Below, piece after piece: positions 46,046-56,801 of a stretch of DNA of 64,000 nucleotides; positions within the stretch are counted from its first letter, which is position 1, and each line of letters starts with the position of its first letter. The notes beneath the pieces were generated by a model, which was not told where the DNA came from, did not search any database, and worked only from the letters and a program-made list of their open reading frames with translations. The DNA is from an uncultured delta proteobacterium (GTDB lineage: Bacteria; Myxococcota; B64-G9): positions 512,001 to 576,000 of the forward strand of contig CAVWHX010000004.1 in assembly GCA_963754925.1 (NCBI GenBank), written 5' to 3'. The position numbers were made by a program, and so were the translations under genes.

Positions 46046-48715
46046 CTATTCTTTGCTCCAACGCTCAATCTGTGCAAACGCGCGATTCAGTTTTTCAAGC
46101 TTGTCGCGTGCCTCATCCAACTTGCTCCGTTCTTTTTCGATGATTTCGGCCGGCGCGCGTTCGGTAAAGGCCGGATTATTAAGCTTTTTGTCGGCGCGGG
46201 AGACATCGTCGCGGGCCTTCTGGATTTCCTTGCCGAGCCTGGCCCGCTCGGAATCAAAGTCGACAAGGCCGGCCAACGGCACGCAGATCTCCAGTTCTCC
46301 GAGTACCGCAACCGCCGCCTGCTTAGGATGCGCGCCCGGCTCGCCCAAGTGCAATGCCGAAAGCCGCGCCAGGTGCATGATCGTGTCGCGATGGCGATCG
46401 AGGGTGGCCAGGAGCTGTCGGTCGCTACTCAGCAGGTGCGCCGTCAACGGTTTCCCGGGCGGGAGATTGCTCTCCCCGCGCAGATTCCTCACGCCGGTCA
46501 CGGCAGAAATCACCCCATTGATTTCGTGCAGAGCTTCCGGATCATCGGGCAACGCGTCAGCGGTCGGCCAGTCGGCGTTAATCAAAAATTCACTTTTTCG
46601 CTCGGTAAGCGGGAGCTTTTGCCAGAGTTCCTCGGTTACAAACGGAGTGAAGGGATGCAGCAGGCGCAGCGCCACATCCAGCACGGTCAGAAGCGTGCGC
46701 TGGCACTCGGCGCGCGCGGCCGCCCCGGCGCGGCCGGCCAACACCGGCTTTACCAACTCAAGGTACCAATCGCAGAACTCATGCCAGAAAAACCCATACA
46801 GCGTCGAAGCGGCATCGTTGAAACGGAAGTCTTGCAGCGCGGTCGTCACCTCGATGACGACCTGGCGGGTGCGGCTGAGAATCCAACGGTCGTAGAGGCT
46901 GCGCTGCGTCGCTTGCGCAGCCGAGCACGGATCGAAATCGCCGAGGTTGAGCTCTGCAAAACGGGCGGCGTTCCAAATCTTGTTGATAAAATGGCGATAG
47001 CCCTCGACCCGGTCGGTACTGAGTTTTATATCGCGCCCCTGGGCGGCCAAGATCGCCAGCGTAAAGCGCAGCGCGTCCGCACCCGTTTGCGCCGTGAGCG
47101 CGAGCGGATCGATCACGTTGCCCCTGGTCTTGGACATCTTGCGCCCCTCGGCGTCGCGCACCATGGCGTGCAGGAACACCGTTCGAAACGGCACATCGCC
47201 CATGAACTTCAACCCCATCATCAGCATGCGCGCTACCCAGAAAAAGATGATATCAAAGCCGGTCTCCATGACCGAGGTGGGGTAGTATTTTTTCAAAGTG
47301 GCGGTCTGCTCAGGCCAACCCATGGTGGAAAATGGCCACAGTGCCGAGGAAAACCATGTGTCCAGGACGTCGGGGTCCTGCGTAAGATCGGCCGAGCCAC
47401 AGGCGGGGCAGCGCGCGGGGGGTTCACGGGCCACGATTACTTCGCCGCACGCACAGGTCCAGGCCGGAATGCGATGGCCCCACCACAGCTGGCGCGAAAT
47501 GCACCAATCGCGGATATTGTACATCCACTCATAGAAGGTCTTCTCCCAGCTCTGCGGTATAAACACGGTGCGGCCCGACTTGACCGCCGCGATGGCGGGC
47601 TCGGCCAGCGGCTGCACACGCACGAACCATTGCTTGCTGAGCAACGGTTCAATGATCGTTTCGCACCGTTGGCAGTGGCTGAGCTCAACCTGGTAGTCTT
47701 TGATATCGGAGAGCAGTTCCTGCGCCTGTAACGCGGCGAGCACCCGCTCGCGGGCCTCGAAACGATCCAATCCGGCGAAGTCTTTCCCGGCCGCTTCGGT
47801 CATGCGCCCGTCAAAACCAATCACCGATAGCGAGGGCAACTGGTGCCGCCGGCCCGTCTCAAAATCGTTGAAGTCGTGCGCCGGGGTAACCTTGACGCAG
47901 CCGGTGCCAAACTCAGGGTCGACCAATTCGGCGTCCGCCACGACCGGGATACGGCGGCCGGTCAAGGGCAACTCGACCTCTCGGCCTATCAGATCGCGAT
48001 AGCGGGGATCCTCGGGGTGAACCGCGAGGGCGGTATCGCCGAGCATGGTTTCGGGCCGGGTGGTGGCGACCGAGAGCCTGCGCGTGCTTCCCGGCACCGG
48101 ATAATCAATGGTCCAGAGCTTTCCCGGCGTAGACTTGAGCGTCACCTCAAGATCGGACAGCGCCGTCTGACAGCGCGGACACCAGTTTATCAGTCGGAGG
48201 TCACGATAAATCAGGCCTTCCTCATGGAGGCGCACAAAGACCTCGCGCACGGCTCGCGAGAGGCCGTCGTCCATGGTAAAGCGGGTGCGGCGCCAGTCGA
48301 CCGAGGCTCCCATGGCCTGGGTCTGTTCGTTGATTCGGTTGCCGTGTTTTTCTTTCCACTCCCAAACCTTCTTCAGAAATGCCTCACGCCCGATCTGCAA
48401 ACGGCTTACGCCCTCCTGGCCCAGCGCGCGTTCGACCACCAACTGGGTGGCTATCCCCGCGTGGTCGGTGCCCGGCAACCAGAGGGTGTTATAGCCGCTC
48501 ATGCGCTTCCAGCGGGTCAGGATATCCTGGATGCTCAGAACCAGGGCGTGCCCAATGTGCAAGGTGCCCGTGATGTTCGGCGGCGGCAAAACGATCGAGA
48601 ACGCCGGCCGCTGGTCGGCTTCGTTGGCATCGAAACAGCCTCGTTCTATCCAGATTTTTGACCAGTGCGGCTCAATTTCTTTCGGATCGTATTGCTTTGG
48701 TAGTTGCCTATCCAT
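46046..48715 (-). CDS. valS: Valine--tRNA ligase
   Basis: PPPNITGTLHIGH, GTDHAGIATQ, DWCISRQLWWGH, KMSKT, C-terminal coiled coil. Confidence 0.98.
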   Translation of the reverse strand: MDRQLPKQYDPKEIEPHWSKIWIERGCFDANEADQRPAFSIVLPPPNITGTLHIGHALVLSIQDILTRWKRMSGYNTLWLPGTDHAGIATQLVVERALGQEGVSRLQIGREAFLKKVWEWKEKHGNRINEQTQAMGASVDWRRTRFTMDDGLSRAVREVFVRLHEEGLIYRDLRLINWCPRCQTALSDLEVTLKSTPGKLWTIDYPVPGSTRRLSVATTRPETMLGDTALAVHPEDPRYRDLIGREVELPLTGRRIPVVADAELVDPEFGTGCVKVTPAHDFNDFETGRRHQLPSLSVIGFDGRMTEAAGKDFAGLDRFEARERVLAALQAQELLSDIKDYQVELSHCQRCETIIEPLLSKQWFVRVQPLAEPAIAAVKSGRTVFIPQSWEKTFYEWMYNIRDWCISRQLWWGHRIPAWTCACGEVIVAREPPARCPACGSADLTQDPDVLDTWFSSALWPFSTMGWPEQTATLKKYYPTSVMETGFDIIFFWVARMLMMGLKFMGDVPFRTVFLHAMVRDAEGRKMSKTRGNVIDPLALTAQTGADALRFTLAILAAQGRDIKLSTDRVEGYRHFINKIWNAARFAELNLGDFDPCSAAQATQRSLYDRWILSRTRQVVIEVTTALQDFRFNDAASTLYGFFWHEFCDWYLELVKPVLAGRAGAAARAECQRTLLTVLDVALRLLHPFTPFVTEELWQKLPLTERKSEFLINADWPTADALPDDPEALHEINGVISAVTGVRNLRGESNLPPGKPLTAHLLSSDRQLLATLDRHRDTIMHLARLSALHLGEPGAHPKQAAVAVLGELEICVPLAGLVDFDSERARLGKEIQKARDDVSRADKKLNNPAFTERAPAEIIEKERSKLDEARDKLEKLNRAFAQIERWSKE

Positions 48716-48816
48716 GGATGAAACTCCTTCGGCCGGATAATCCATTTCGTCAGTGCCCACGAATGGATTCTTGATCGTTTCTCTACGCTACTGGGGGTAA
48801 AAAAGAAAGGTCTTTT

Positions 48817-50652
48817 CTATTCGGCCAACTTCTCTTGCACCAACTTTTCGATTTCCTCGCGGAGAATGGTCTCGGCGAGTTGGGGAACAACCTCCCAGAC
48901 CACTTTCTCGATTATCTCTCGGGCAATGGCCTCTAGTTCTGACTTTGATAGCTGTGGCGCAGTCGGTTTGTCAACCGCGGCTTCCATAGCCGCCGCCGTT
49001 GTCTTGGTCGCCGCCATCGCGGCTGCCGTCGCGAGTTCAAAGGGGGCTTTCGGCGCCTCGCGACCGATGGCGGGAGGTCGCTTTTCTTCACGCACCGCTT
49101 CGCGTTCGATCTTCTCGGCCGGCGCCGGAAGAGCCAACTCGGGAACCGATCCGGACGCTTGGTCGATCAGCATTTCCTCTTCGATCTCAACCGAGGGCAA
49201 CTCGATGTTTTCCGCCGGGAGGACTTCCGGTATGGGTTCTAGGCGCAGCGGCTTAGCTTCAAAGGGCCTCTCGTGCGGCGCGGGCTCCGCACCAATAGCA
49301 CGTTTGGCGGACTCGGGTCCGATTGGTGGGGGCCTACCTACCGTTGACGTGGCAACTTCAAGAAGTGACAAGTCATCAGAAGGCATTCCCGGTCTGGCTG
49401 GAGGCTCGGTTGCGATCCGCTTTTCCGTCGCTTTGCGATCGGAACCGGTTCCGGTCATGAGGTTGGGTATGGGTCTGGTGATATCGTCTTTGGCTCCCCA
49501 GATGTCAACTCCTTCTACATCCAGAGATTCAAGGGGCTCGAGCGGCTGGGTTTCGGAGCCCGTGGCCAACGGCCTGAACGTCGGTCGGCCGGTTTCACCC
49601 GCCGATTCCAAACCAACAAGCTCGGGCTCGAGTGGTTCCGGTTCAAGCGGTTCAGGTTCCAGAATGGTGCTTGATTCTGATTCGAATGCAGAAGGTTCTA
49701 GTGGATAAGACTCAAACGCTTTTTTGCTTATACTGGGCTCTTCAAAGAGCGTCGATTCCAGAGGCTTTGATGCTCCCGTTGGGATTGCCGATTCTTTCTC
49801 CGTATGCGCGGCAGGGAATGGCGCCGTCGGAATGGCCGCAAACGGTGGGGGGATCACCGTTGGCGTTGGCTGCGCTATCACCCGTGGCGCCGCTGGCACA
49901 ACAGAAGGCGGCATACCCGTGCTCGGCGGCGCCGCTGACGGCATTGCCAGCGGCCGTGGCGCGGATGCCATCGGTTGTGTCACGGGGCGCGGCGTCTGGG
50001 GAACCGATTGGGGCGTCAGGGGCCGTGGTATCATCGGCTCCCCCGGCGCATAGCCAGCGCTCGGCTGAGGTCCTGGTGCAACTGGTCGCGGCGATTGCGG
50101 TCCCGGACCGGGGACCGTGGGACGCGGTGGCTGTCCAAAAGCGCTCGGCATCGGCGCAGACGTCGGCCTGCCTGAGGTCATGGGAATCCCATTCCACGGC
50201 GTCATCGGTTGAGGCTGCACAACAACGCGCGGCGAGCCGCCCGCAGGCGCCGTCTGCGCCACCCCCACAGGAATCGGGACGGCACCGGCGCTCAACAGAC
50301 CATTGACCTTATCTATCAGTGCCTGGCTCTCAAATGGCTTAGTGATATGACCGTTGGCGCCTACCGCCCGCGCGCGGTTCTCATCAAAAGCCTCAAACGT
50401 GCCGGCGAGCAACAGTACCGGGGTTGCACGGAGCGCAGGATCTGATTTGATCGCTTGGCAAACCTCATAACCGTTCTTTTTAGGCATGATGACGTCGGCC
50501 AGAATGATATTCGGCTTTAGTTCTTTGGCCTTTTGGACAGCGTCCTCACCATTGTCAACAGTGGTAATTTCAAAATCCTCATTGGCGAACGTTATACCAA
50601 CCACCCTCTGGATGGTGATGCTGTCGTCTGCCAGCAGCAGGGTCCTCGGCAT
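48817..50652 (-). CDS. romR: RomR-like response regulator (REC, Pro-rich linker, Glu-rich C-terminus)
   Basis: LLLADDSITIQRVV..TF REC domain, long Pro/Ala-rich region, C-terminal REIIEKVVWEVVPQLAETILREE typical of RomR. Confidence 0.8.
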   Translation of the reverse strand: MPRTLLLADDSITIQRVVGITFANEDFEITTVDNGEDAVQKAKELKPNIILADVIMPKKNGYEVCQAIKSDPALRATPVLLLAGTFEAFDENRARAVGANGHITKPFESQALIDKVNGLLSAGAVPIPVGVAQTAPAGGSPRVVVQPQPMTPWNGIPMTSGRPTSAPMPSAFGQPPRPTVPGPGPQSPRPVAPGPQPSAGYAPGEPMIPRPLTPQSVPQTPRPVTQPMASAPRPLAMPSAAPPSTGMPPSVVPAAPRVIAQPTPTVIPPPFAAIPTAPFPAAHTEKESAIPTGASKPLESTLFEEPSISKKAFESYPLEPSAFESESSTILEPEPLEPEPLEPELVGLESAGETGRPTFRPLATGSETQPLEPLESLDVEGVDIWGAKDDITRPIPNLMTGTGSDRKATEKRIATEPPARPGMPSDDLSLLEVATSTVGRPPPIGPESAKRAIGAEPAPHERPFEAKPLRLEPIPEVLPAENIELPSVEIEEEMLIDQASGSVPELALPAPAEKIEREAVREEKRPPAIGREAPKAPFELATAAAMAATKTTAAAMEAAVDKPTAPQLSKSELEAIAREIIEKVVWEVVPQLAETILREEIEKLVQEKLAE

Positions 50653-50895
50653 CGATGCCTCCTTGCCCCCCCAAACGCGAACCATACCCGGTGTTACAAG
50701 GGGGTGGTATACAGGATGGATGTATGCTCGAACAACCACAAAATCACCCTGTTATGTAACATAGCGATCATGAAACTGTCAAGGAAGTGTCCTTGAAGAT
50801 AGCGCAGGTTTTAGTGTGAAAGGTATATACCTGCTCGATTGTTACGAAATTTAATACGCCGGTCGCGCTGCGCCGACAACCTCTCTTTTTGATTA

Positions 50896-51153
50896 TCAGA
50901 CGGTCGTGTTTTCGGAAGGTATGGCGCCGGTTTCATACGCGCGGATCAGGTATCCCAGGATGATCATGGAGGCGGCGTTCTCGACCACTTTGTGAGCGTC
51001 GGCCTCGATTGCCTGGCGAGCGTAATTGAACATGGCTGAAGCAAGCTCCTCGCCGACAACCGAACGAATGACATTCTGGAGCCGCTCAGGCTCCATACGG
51101 GAAAGTTCGGCGAGGAACAGCAGGGCAACGTCTTTCTTTTTATTTGGTTCCAT
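50896..51153 (-). CDS. Hypothetical protein
   Basis: 85-aa helical ORF with ATG start filling the gap between hdrA and romR; no motif recognised. Confidence 0.65.
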   Translation of the reverse strand: MEPNKKKDVALLFLAELSRMEPERLQNVIRSVVGEELASAMFNYARQAIEADAHKVVENAASMIILGYLIRAYETGAIPSENTTV

Positions 51154-51416
51154 GGCGCCACCGTATCAACTCGACCGGGGCAGGTCAATAGCCGAGCACC
51201 CCGCCCCGGATGACTGGTAGAAGAAAAAGATACAGATTCGTCAGAAACGACCTGGTCAGACTATCTAAACGACATATCCGTCGGTTGTTTCGTAACGACT
51301 GTAAAGCGGAGTATACCGCTGTTCGTTGTGAGTGTATCGCAGGAAGTCGATCCGACGCAATCGTCGGGGGCGAGGTGTACGGCTTTAGTACCTATCATTT
51401 CTCACCATGGCAACGG

Positions 51417-53408
51417 TTATGAGGAAGGTGCCGGCGTCGGCACGTTGTCGAAGCACAGCAATCCTTCAATTTCGCCGACGATTTGGTCGTCGGTGAAGTT
51501 TTTGCCTTCGATGGCCGCGGACGGACAGCTGGCCACGCAGGTGCCGCAGCCGCGACACATGGTTTCGTCCACGCGGGCCTTTTTACGTTCCTCATCAAAC
51601 GAGACCGCATGATACGGGCAAATATCGAGACAAGTGCGGCACCCTGAACATTGCTCGTCCTGAACATAGGCCGAAATCGATTCAAGCAGCACCTTTCCCT
51701 GCTGCAGGATGGTCAACGCGCCGGCTGCTGCGGCCGACGCTTGAGCCACCGTGTGGGGAATGTCTTTGGGCCCGGCGCAGGTCCCGGCGATGAACACGCA
51801 CTCGTTGGGCGTGCCGACTGGGTTGAGCTTGGGGTGCTGCTCGATGAAGAAGCCATCTTTGTTGCGCGATACCCCAAACAATCGGCCTACCTCGTCGGCG
51901 TCGGTGCGGGATTTGAGGCCATTGGCCAGGATGACCATATCGAGCGGAATGCGGCGTATAACGCCGGCCAAGGTGTCCTCGACCTGCACTATCAACTTGC
52001 CCTTCTCGGTCGGGTCGCGCGCCTCGTTGCTGATCGAGGCCGCCTTGCCGCGCACAAAGCGCACGCCTTCATTCAACAACCGATCGTAGAATTCCTCGTA
52101 GCCCTTCCCGACGCAGCGCATGTCGATATAAAAATTGTAGACCTCGGCATCGGAATGCTCGCGGATCAAGTGTGCGAACTTAAGCGAGTACATACAGCAG
52201 ACACCCGAGCAATACGACTGATGGTGTCGATCCCGGCTGCCGACGCAGTGGATAATGCCGACCGCCTTGGGGTGCTGCCCGGTGCTGGTTACGATTTCGC
52301 CCTTGCTGAAGCCGCCGGCGTTGACCATGCGCTCGAACTCGAGGGCGGTATAGACGTCTTTATAGGTGCCATAGCCGTATCGTTGCATTTGGTGTGCGTC
52401 GAACATTTCGTGGCCGGTCGTCAAAATGATTGCGCCGACTTCAATTTCCTCGACCGTATCCCTTTGCTCGAAGTCGATGGCGTTCATCTTGCAAAATTTC
52501 TCGCACACTTTACACTTACCCTTGAGGAAGAAGTTGCAGGCGTTGCGATCGATCACCGGCTTGTTCGGCACGGCCTGCGGGAACAGCGTATAGATCGCTT
52601 TGCGTTTGCCCTTGTTTTGCTCGAATTCGTTGTCGGCCTTAAACGGGCATTTTTCCTGACAGAGCCCGCAGCCGTTACATTTATTGTAGTCGACGTAGGT
52701 AGCCTTATGGCGCACCTTCACCTTCAAGTTGCCGACGTACCCGCCGACCTCTTCGATCTCGCTATAGCTCATCAATTTGATATTGGGGTGCTGGCCGACC
52801 GAGACCATTTTCGGGGTGAGGATGCACGCCGAACAGTCCAAGGTGGGGAAGGTCTTGTCGAGCATGGCCATATGTCCGCCGATGGATTGACTGCGCTCGA
52901 CCAAATAGGTTTTAAAGCCGGCGTTGGCGCACTGCAGCGCCGCCTGGATGCCGGCGATGCCGCCGCCCACCACGAGCACCGCCTGGGAGACCGAGACCTC
53001 GCATTCTGACAGCGGGCGCAGGAAACGCGCCTTGCCGCACGCGCCCGCCACCAACGACTTGGCTTTCTCGGTTGCAGCGGCGGTATCATCGGTGACCCAT
53101 GAACACTGCTCGCGCAGGTTGGCCATATGCATGAGGTAGTGGTTGAGACCCGCCCGCGCGCAGGCCGACCGGAAGGTCTTTTCGTGCATCAGCGGCGAGC
53201 AGGAAGCCACCACGATTCGATTGAGTTCATGCTCTTTGATGTCCTGGCGGATCATCTCCTGCCCGGGCTCGGAGCACATAAAAACGTAGTCCTTTGAAAC
53301 CACGACATTCGGCAAGGTGCGGGCATATTCTGCAACCGCCTTGACGTCCACCTTTCCGGCGATGTTCGAGCCGCAATGACAAACATAGACGCCGATCCGA
53401 ACTGACAT
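51417..53408 (-). CDS. hdrA: Heterodisulfide reductase subunit A family flavoprotein
   Basis: GVYVCHCGSNI, ASCSP, ANLREQCSW, VGGGIAGI, KTFPTLDCSAC, HCVGSR...YCSGVCCMY, two ferredoxin domains; no MvhD fusion. Confidence 0.95.
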   Translation of the reverse strand: MSVRIGVYVCHCGSNIAGKVDVKAVAEYARTLPNVVVSKDYVFMCSEPGQEMIRQDIKEHELNRIVVASCSPLMHEKTFRSACARAGLNHYLMHMANLREQCSWVTDDTAAATEKAKSLVAGACGKARFLRPLSECEVSVSQAVLVVGGGIAGIQAALQCANAGFKTYLVERSQSIGGHMAMLDKTFPTLDCSACILTPKMVSVGQHPNIKLMSYSEIEEVGGYVGNLKVKVRHKATYVDYNKCNGCGLCQEKCPFKADNEFEQNKGKRKAIYTLFPQAVPNKPVIDRNACNFFLKGKCKVCEKFCKMNAIDFEQRDTVEEIEVGAIILTTGHEMFDAHQMQRYGYGTYKDVYTALEFERMVNAGGFSKGEIVTSTGQHPKAVGIIHCVGSRDRHHQSYCSGVCCMYSLKFAHLIREHSDAEVYNFYIDMRCVGKGYEEFYDRLLNEGVRFVRGKAASISNEARDPTEKGKLIVQVEDTLAGVIRRIPLDMVILANGLKSRTDADEVGRLFGVSRNKDGFFIEQHPKLNPVGTPNECVFIAGTCAGPKDIPHTVAQASAAAAGALTILQQGKVLLESISAYVQDEQCSGCRTCLDICPYHAVSFDEERKKARVDETMCRGCGTCVASCPSAAIEGKNFTDDQIVGEIEGLLCFDNVPTPAPSS

Positions 53409-53425
53409 GATCCTTCTCCTTTTCC

Positions 53426-54316
53426 CTATGCAGCAGGCAGTTGCGTACGGGCCTGCCGCAAACAACTGACCGGAATCAATGAGCGTTGGAGAGCAAGCTG
53501 CTTGTCAGAAAGCCCCATGGCCAATCCAATCAACTGGGAGAGGCTCAACACCGGGATGCTGACCGCATCGCCCAGAAGTTTCTGGCTCTTGCCCTGGATG
53601 GCTTCCATCGTTACCTGACAGAGCGAGCAGGGGGTGACGATCGCATCGGCTCCGGCGGTTACGATGCTGCGCAGCACGTCGCTGCTCATCTTCTGGCCGA
53701 CTTCCTCACGGGTGGCCACCAGCGTGCCGCCGCAACAAGCAGACCGCATCTCGAAGCTCGCCACCTCGGCGCCGAGCGCCTTGATGATCGTCTCGAGGTT
53801 CTGGGGTGCTTCCTGGCTGTCGCCCACGGCATAGGGCCGCAGCACTTGGCAGCCGTAATACGGGGCGATCTTCAAACCGGCAAGCGGCGCACCAGCTTCT
53901 TTCTTCAGCCGCTCGACGCCGACTTCATTCACCAGCACCTCCAACAAATGACGCACCCTGACGGTGCCGCTATAGGTCAAGCCGCCGGCGGCAAGCGCGT
54001 CACGCACCTTACGGGAAAGCTCCGAATCTTGCTCCAATACCTTGTTGGCCTTGGTAAGCGACAACCAACAGCTCGGGCAGGGCGTCAGGACGGTGGCGCC
54101 GGCGCCGCCTTGCTTTTCGGCCAACGCTAGGTTGCGGGCCGAAAGCGAAAGCGACAGCACCTTATTTACCGATATGACCGTCGTGGTGCCGCAGCAGTTC
54201 CAGTCCTCGACCTCGGTCAGCTCGATTCCCAGCTTGGGGCATATCGCCAACAGGGACTCCTCATAAGATCGCGCGGTAGCTTTCTGCGAGCAACCCGGGT
54301 AGTAGAGATAGTTCAT
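53426..54316 (-). CDS. hdrB: Heterodisulfide reductase subunit B family
   Basis: YYPGC, DWNCCG, CPSC, YYGC, ACCGG, TPCSLC (two CCG domains). Confidence 0.93.
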   Translation of the reverse strand: MNYLYYPGCSQKATARSYEESLLAICPKLGIELTEVEDWNCCGTTTVISVNKVLSLSLSARNLALAEKQGGAGATVLTPCPSCWLSLTKANKVLEQDSELSRKVRDALAAGGLTYSGTVRVRHLLEVLVNEVGVERLKKEAGAPLAGLKIAPYYGCQVLRPYAVGDSQEAPQNLETIIKALGAEVASFEMRSACCGGTLVATREEVGQKMSSDVLRSIVTAGADAIVTPCSLCQVTMEAIQGKSQKLLGDAVSIPVLSLSQLIGLAMGLSDKQLALQRSLIPVSCLRQARTQLPAA

Positions 54317-54897
54317 TGCGCCGTTGCCTCCTCGAGCTCAGAAGCCCGCTGTACCATTTTAGAAAAACCCTCCATGTCTTTCAGGGTGTGCGCCATAATC
54401 GGCATGCGTCCCTTGAGAAACATGCGCAATCCCAATCCCGATTGCTTGATCATCTGTAGCGGGTGCTTGAACATCATGTACTTCATCAGCAGCTGCAGCT
54501 CCTGAGCACGGCCGTACTTCTTAACCAGATCGGTAAAGAGCTGGGCAAAGCGAATGGCGTCGGAATCCGGCGGAGAGATGCCCTCCTTGGCAGCCATGCG
54601 CTTGAGCGCGTAATTGATTTCGGTAATCTTGATCTCGGCCGGACACTTCACCGTGCACTCATAGCAGGATGAACAAACCCACGGGGTAAGGCTTTCGAGC
54701 ACTTCCTTCTTCATCCCGGCTCTGATCATCGCAAACAGGTGACGGGGGGTATGGGGCAGGAGCGCGGCGATCGGACACGTTCCGCTGCACGTCCCGCACT
54801 GAAGACAGGAGCGCAGGCGCTCACCCTCAGGCAACGCCGCGACCTGATCCATAAATTTGGTGTCTTGCCTACCTTCAAATATGACGTCGGCTGTCAT
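54313..54897 (-). CDS. hdrC: Heterodisulfide reductase subunit C
   Basis: CLQCGTCSGTCP and WVCSSCYECTVKCP; AGGAGG RBS before ATG 54897. Confidence 0.93.
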   Translation of the reverse strand: MTADVIFEGRQDTKFMDQVAALPEGERLRSCLQCGTCSGTCPIAALLPHTPRHLFAMIRAGMKKEVLESLTPWVCSSCYECTVKCPAEIKITEINYALKRMAAKEGISPPDSDAIRFAQLFTDLVKKYGRAQELQLLMKYMMFKHPLQMIKQSGLGLRMFLKGRMPIMAHTLKDMEGFSKMVQRASELEEATAQ

Positions 54898-54963
54898 GAA
54901 TGTGTTCCTCCTGGTGCAGTAGCTTATCAATTGATGATATCACGTAGTTCCCGTTTACACACG

Positions 54964-56586
54964 TTATGCCGCGGTCATTTCGTCAAGGATGTGTTCTGCG
55001 AGAGCCTGTGTCGTCAGATCCTCGAAGGCTAGCGGGACTTCACCGCTATTTGGCTGAACCGCCACGGTCACAACTTTCTTTCCTGCTTCGCCCGCGGCTT
55101 TGACCATGTCCGAAGCTGCATTGCGTACCATGCTGCCCGGGATGCGGCCGATGTTGTCGGTCAGGATGAGCACCACGCGGTTGTTGGCAGCGGCCTCGCG
55201 CCGAATTTCCATCGGCGATATGGTGTCAAAACCAAGGGTGACGCGAATGGGGTACGACGCTTCGAGAATCGCTCGCACCAAACGCTGCCCGAGGCCCTGG
55301 TACTCCAACATCTTGCCGCCTGATACTAGCAACGCGACCGTATGGCCGAGGCGGTTGGTGATGCGGATCTTGCGCACCCAGCGCGGCAGTCCAGAAAGCG
55401 GTGCGGTGCGGAGCGTCTCGGCGGTCTGGGGCTGGAAGGCATCGTGCAGTATGTCAAGGATCTCGTTGTCGGCAAACGGCTCAACAGCGTAGAAAAAGAT
55501 CTTCCGTGAACGATACGCGCCTTCGAGGTTGCCTCCGGTGGCGCCAACGACGATGATCTTTACCGCAGGGGCGGCGTTGTTGACCTGGTCAACCATCTCG
55601 GGCCCGCGCTCGCCAAAAGCGGCTGCATCAAGAATCAGGGTGCGGGCCTGGCTATCGCGCAACGCGCCGAGCACGCCATCAATAGTCGTTGCCGGATGCA
55701 CCTGAACCCCGAGGTAGGCCAGTTGATTACGTTGCTCTTTAGCTTTGACCGCGTTGGCGTTGGCCAATACCACGTGGCGGGTCTTAGCGTACTTCATATC
55801 TTCGGAAAGATTCTCAGGCCGGACTCTAACCAACCAGCCTTCATGGCACGGATTGGCAAAAGCTTTACCCGGCGTCGTGGCAAGGGCGGTGTTGACCTCG
55901 ACCACCTCGCCGCTGACCACCGCGGGGATGGAACGTCCCGGCTTACCGGTGCTCTTAATGGCCGCTAGTGGTAATCCCCGGTAGACCGTCTCGCCGATCT
56001 TGGGTAGTTTCACTGACTCCAGCTCGTTGCTCTCTTCGCTTGAGATGAAAGCGCCAAGACGCACCGAGCCGTCTTGGCCAAGCTGCACCCAACCGTGGTT
56101 AAGGAACCGATACTCATCGCTGAGCGGGCTCCAGGTCCCGGTGCCGGGAACAACACCAGGGGTTGTCACACTAACTGCTTTGGCAGCCGGCGCAGTAGTG
56201 CTAACGGCAGTGGCTTCCGCCGTCAACCGCTTGACCGCATCAGAGATTTCGGCCGGGGTGAAGGGCTTGGGAATGTAGTCGACGGCTCCCAGCCGCATGG
56301 CCGCGGCGGCGTCCTGGATGCTCGAGTAACCGGTGATCATGATGATCGGGGCCTTGCGGTTGGTATTCCGGAATTGATGTAAAAACTCAAGGCCATCCAT
56401 ATCCGGCATCTTGACGTCAAGCAAGATGGCGGAGTAGTCATTGCCAGTAGCCAACTTTAGGCCCTCGCGGGAATCGGTCGTTGTCTCGACCTTATACCCT
56501 TGACCTTCGAAAATTCTCTGGCAGCTCTGGCACACAACCGGTTCATCATCAATTACCAAGAGTTTTGGTTGGGCATTGGCTTCCAT
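54964..56586 (-). CDS. Response regulator fused to a glycine-cleavage H-like domain, a degenerate REC-like domain and an unknown C-terminal domain
   Basis: VIDDE..LLDVKMP..ITGY..KPF; HGWVQ..VRLG..LPKIGE..SGEVVEVN..P..EGWLVRV. Confidence 0.85.
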   Translation of the reverse strand: MEANAQPKLLVIDDEPVVCQSCQRIFEGQGYKVETTTDSREGLKLATGNDYSAILLDVKMPDMDGLEFLHQFRNTNRKAPIIMITGYSSIQDAAAAMRLGAVDYIPKPFTPAEISDAVKRLTAEATAVSTTAPAAKAVSVTTPGVVPGTGTWSPLSDEYRFLNHGWVQLGQDGSVRLGAFISSEESNELESVKLPKIGETVYRGLPLAAIKSTGKPGRSIPAVVSGEVVEVNTALATTPGKAFANPCHEGWLVRVRPENLSEDMKYAKTRHVVLANANAVKAKEQRNQLAYLGVQVHPATTIDGVLGALRDSQARTLILDAAAFGERGPEMVDQVNNAAPAVKIIVVGATGGNLEGAYRSRKIFFYAVEPFADNEILDILHDAFQPQTAETLRTAPLSGLPRWVRKIRITNRLGHTVALLVSGGKMLEYQGLGQRLVRAILEASYPIRVTLGFDTISPMEIRREAAANNRVVLILTDNIGRIPGSMVRNAASDMVKAAGEAGKKVVTVAVQPNSGEVPLAFEDLTTQALAEHILDEMTAA

Positions 56587-56628
56587 GGTATGTTCCTTTC
56601 GTGGTTACGTTCCTCGATACTTATCTAT

Positions 56629-56644
56629 AGCATCGCTCATGCCA
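56629..56644 (-). promoter_or_regulatory. Sigma-54 (-24/-12) promoter
   Basis: TGGCATGAGCGATGCT fits GG-N10-GC, 42 nt upstream of the start codon. Confidence 0.75.
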
Positions 56645-56763
56645 ACGCTTGATATCTTGACCAAGACGCTGAATATCAAGTGTATTATCGTTATCATGTT
56701 GATTCTGATGTCAATCTTAATTAAGATCGATTTTTGAGTCAAAAATTAATAATAATACTTATA

Positions 56764-56776
56764 TATCAATATATTA
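56764..56776. promoter_or_regulatory. Putative IHF site
   Basis: TATCAA-TATA-TTA matches WATCAANNNNTTR in an AT-rich tract between promoter and enhancer. Confidence 0.5.
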
Positions 56777-56801
56777 TACTAATAATTATATTTTCAGGTG
56801 G

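Noticed and set aside
45584..47731. 715-aa plus-strand ORF
   Set aside because: Antisense shadow of valS and nadC in GC-rich DNA; no motifs.
49620..49665. 15-bp periodicity in romR
   Set aside because: Simply encodes EPEPL repeats in a disordered linker.
51651..53009. 452-aa plus-strand ORF
   Set aside because: Antisense shadow of hdrA.
51417..53408. Selenocysteine in HdrA
   Set aside because: ORF is continuous with Cys in ASCSP; no in-frame TGA.
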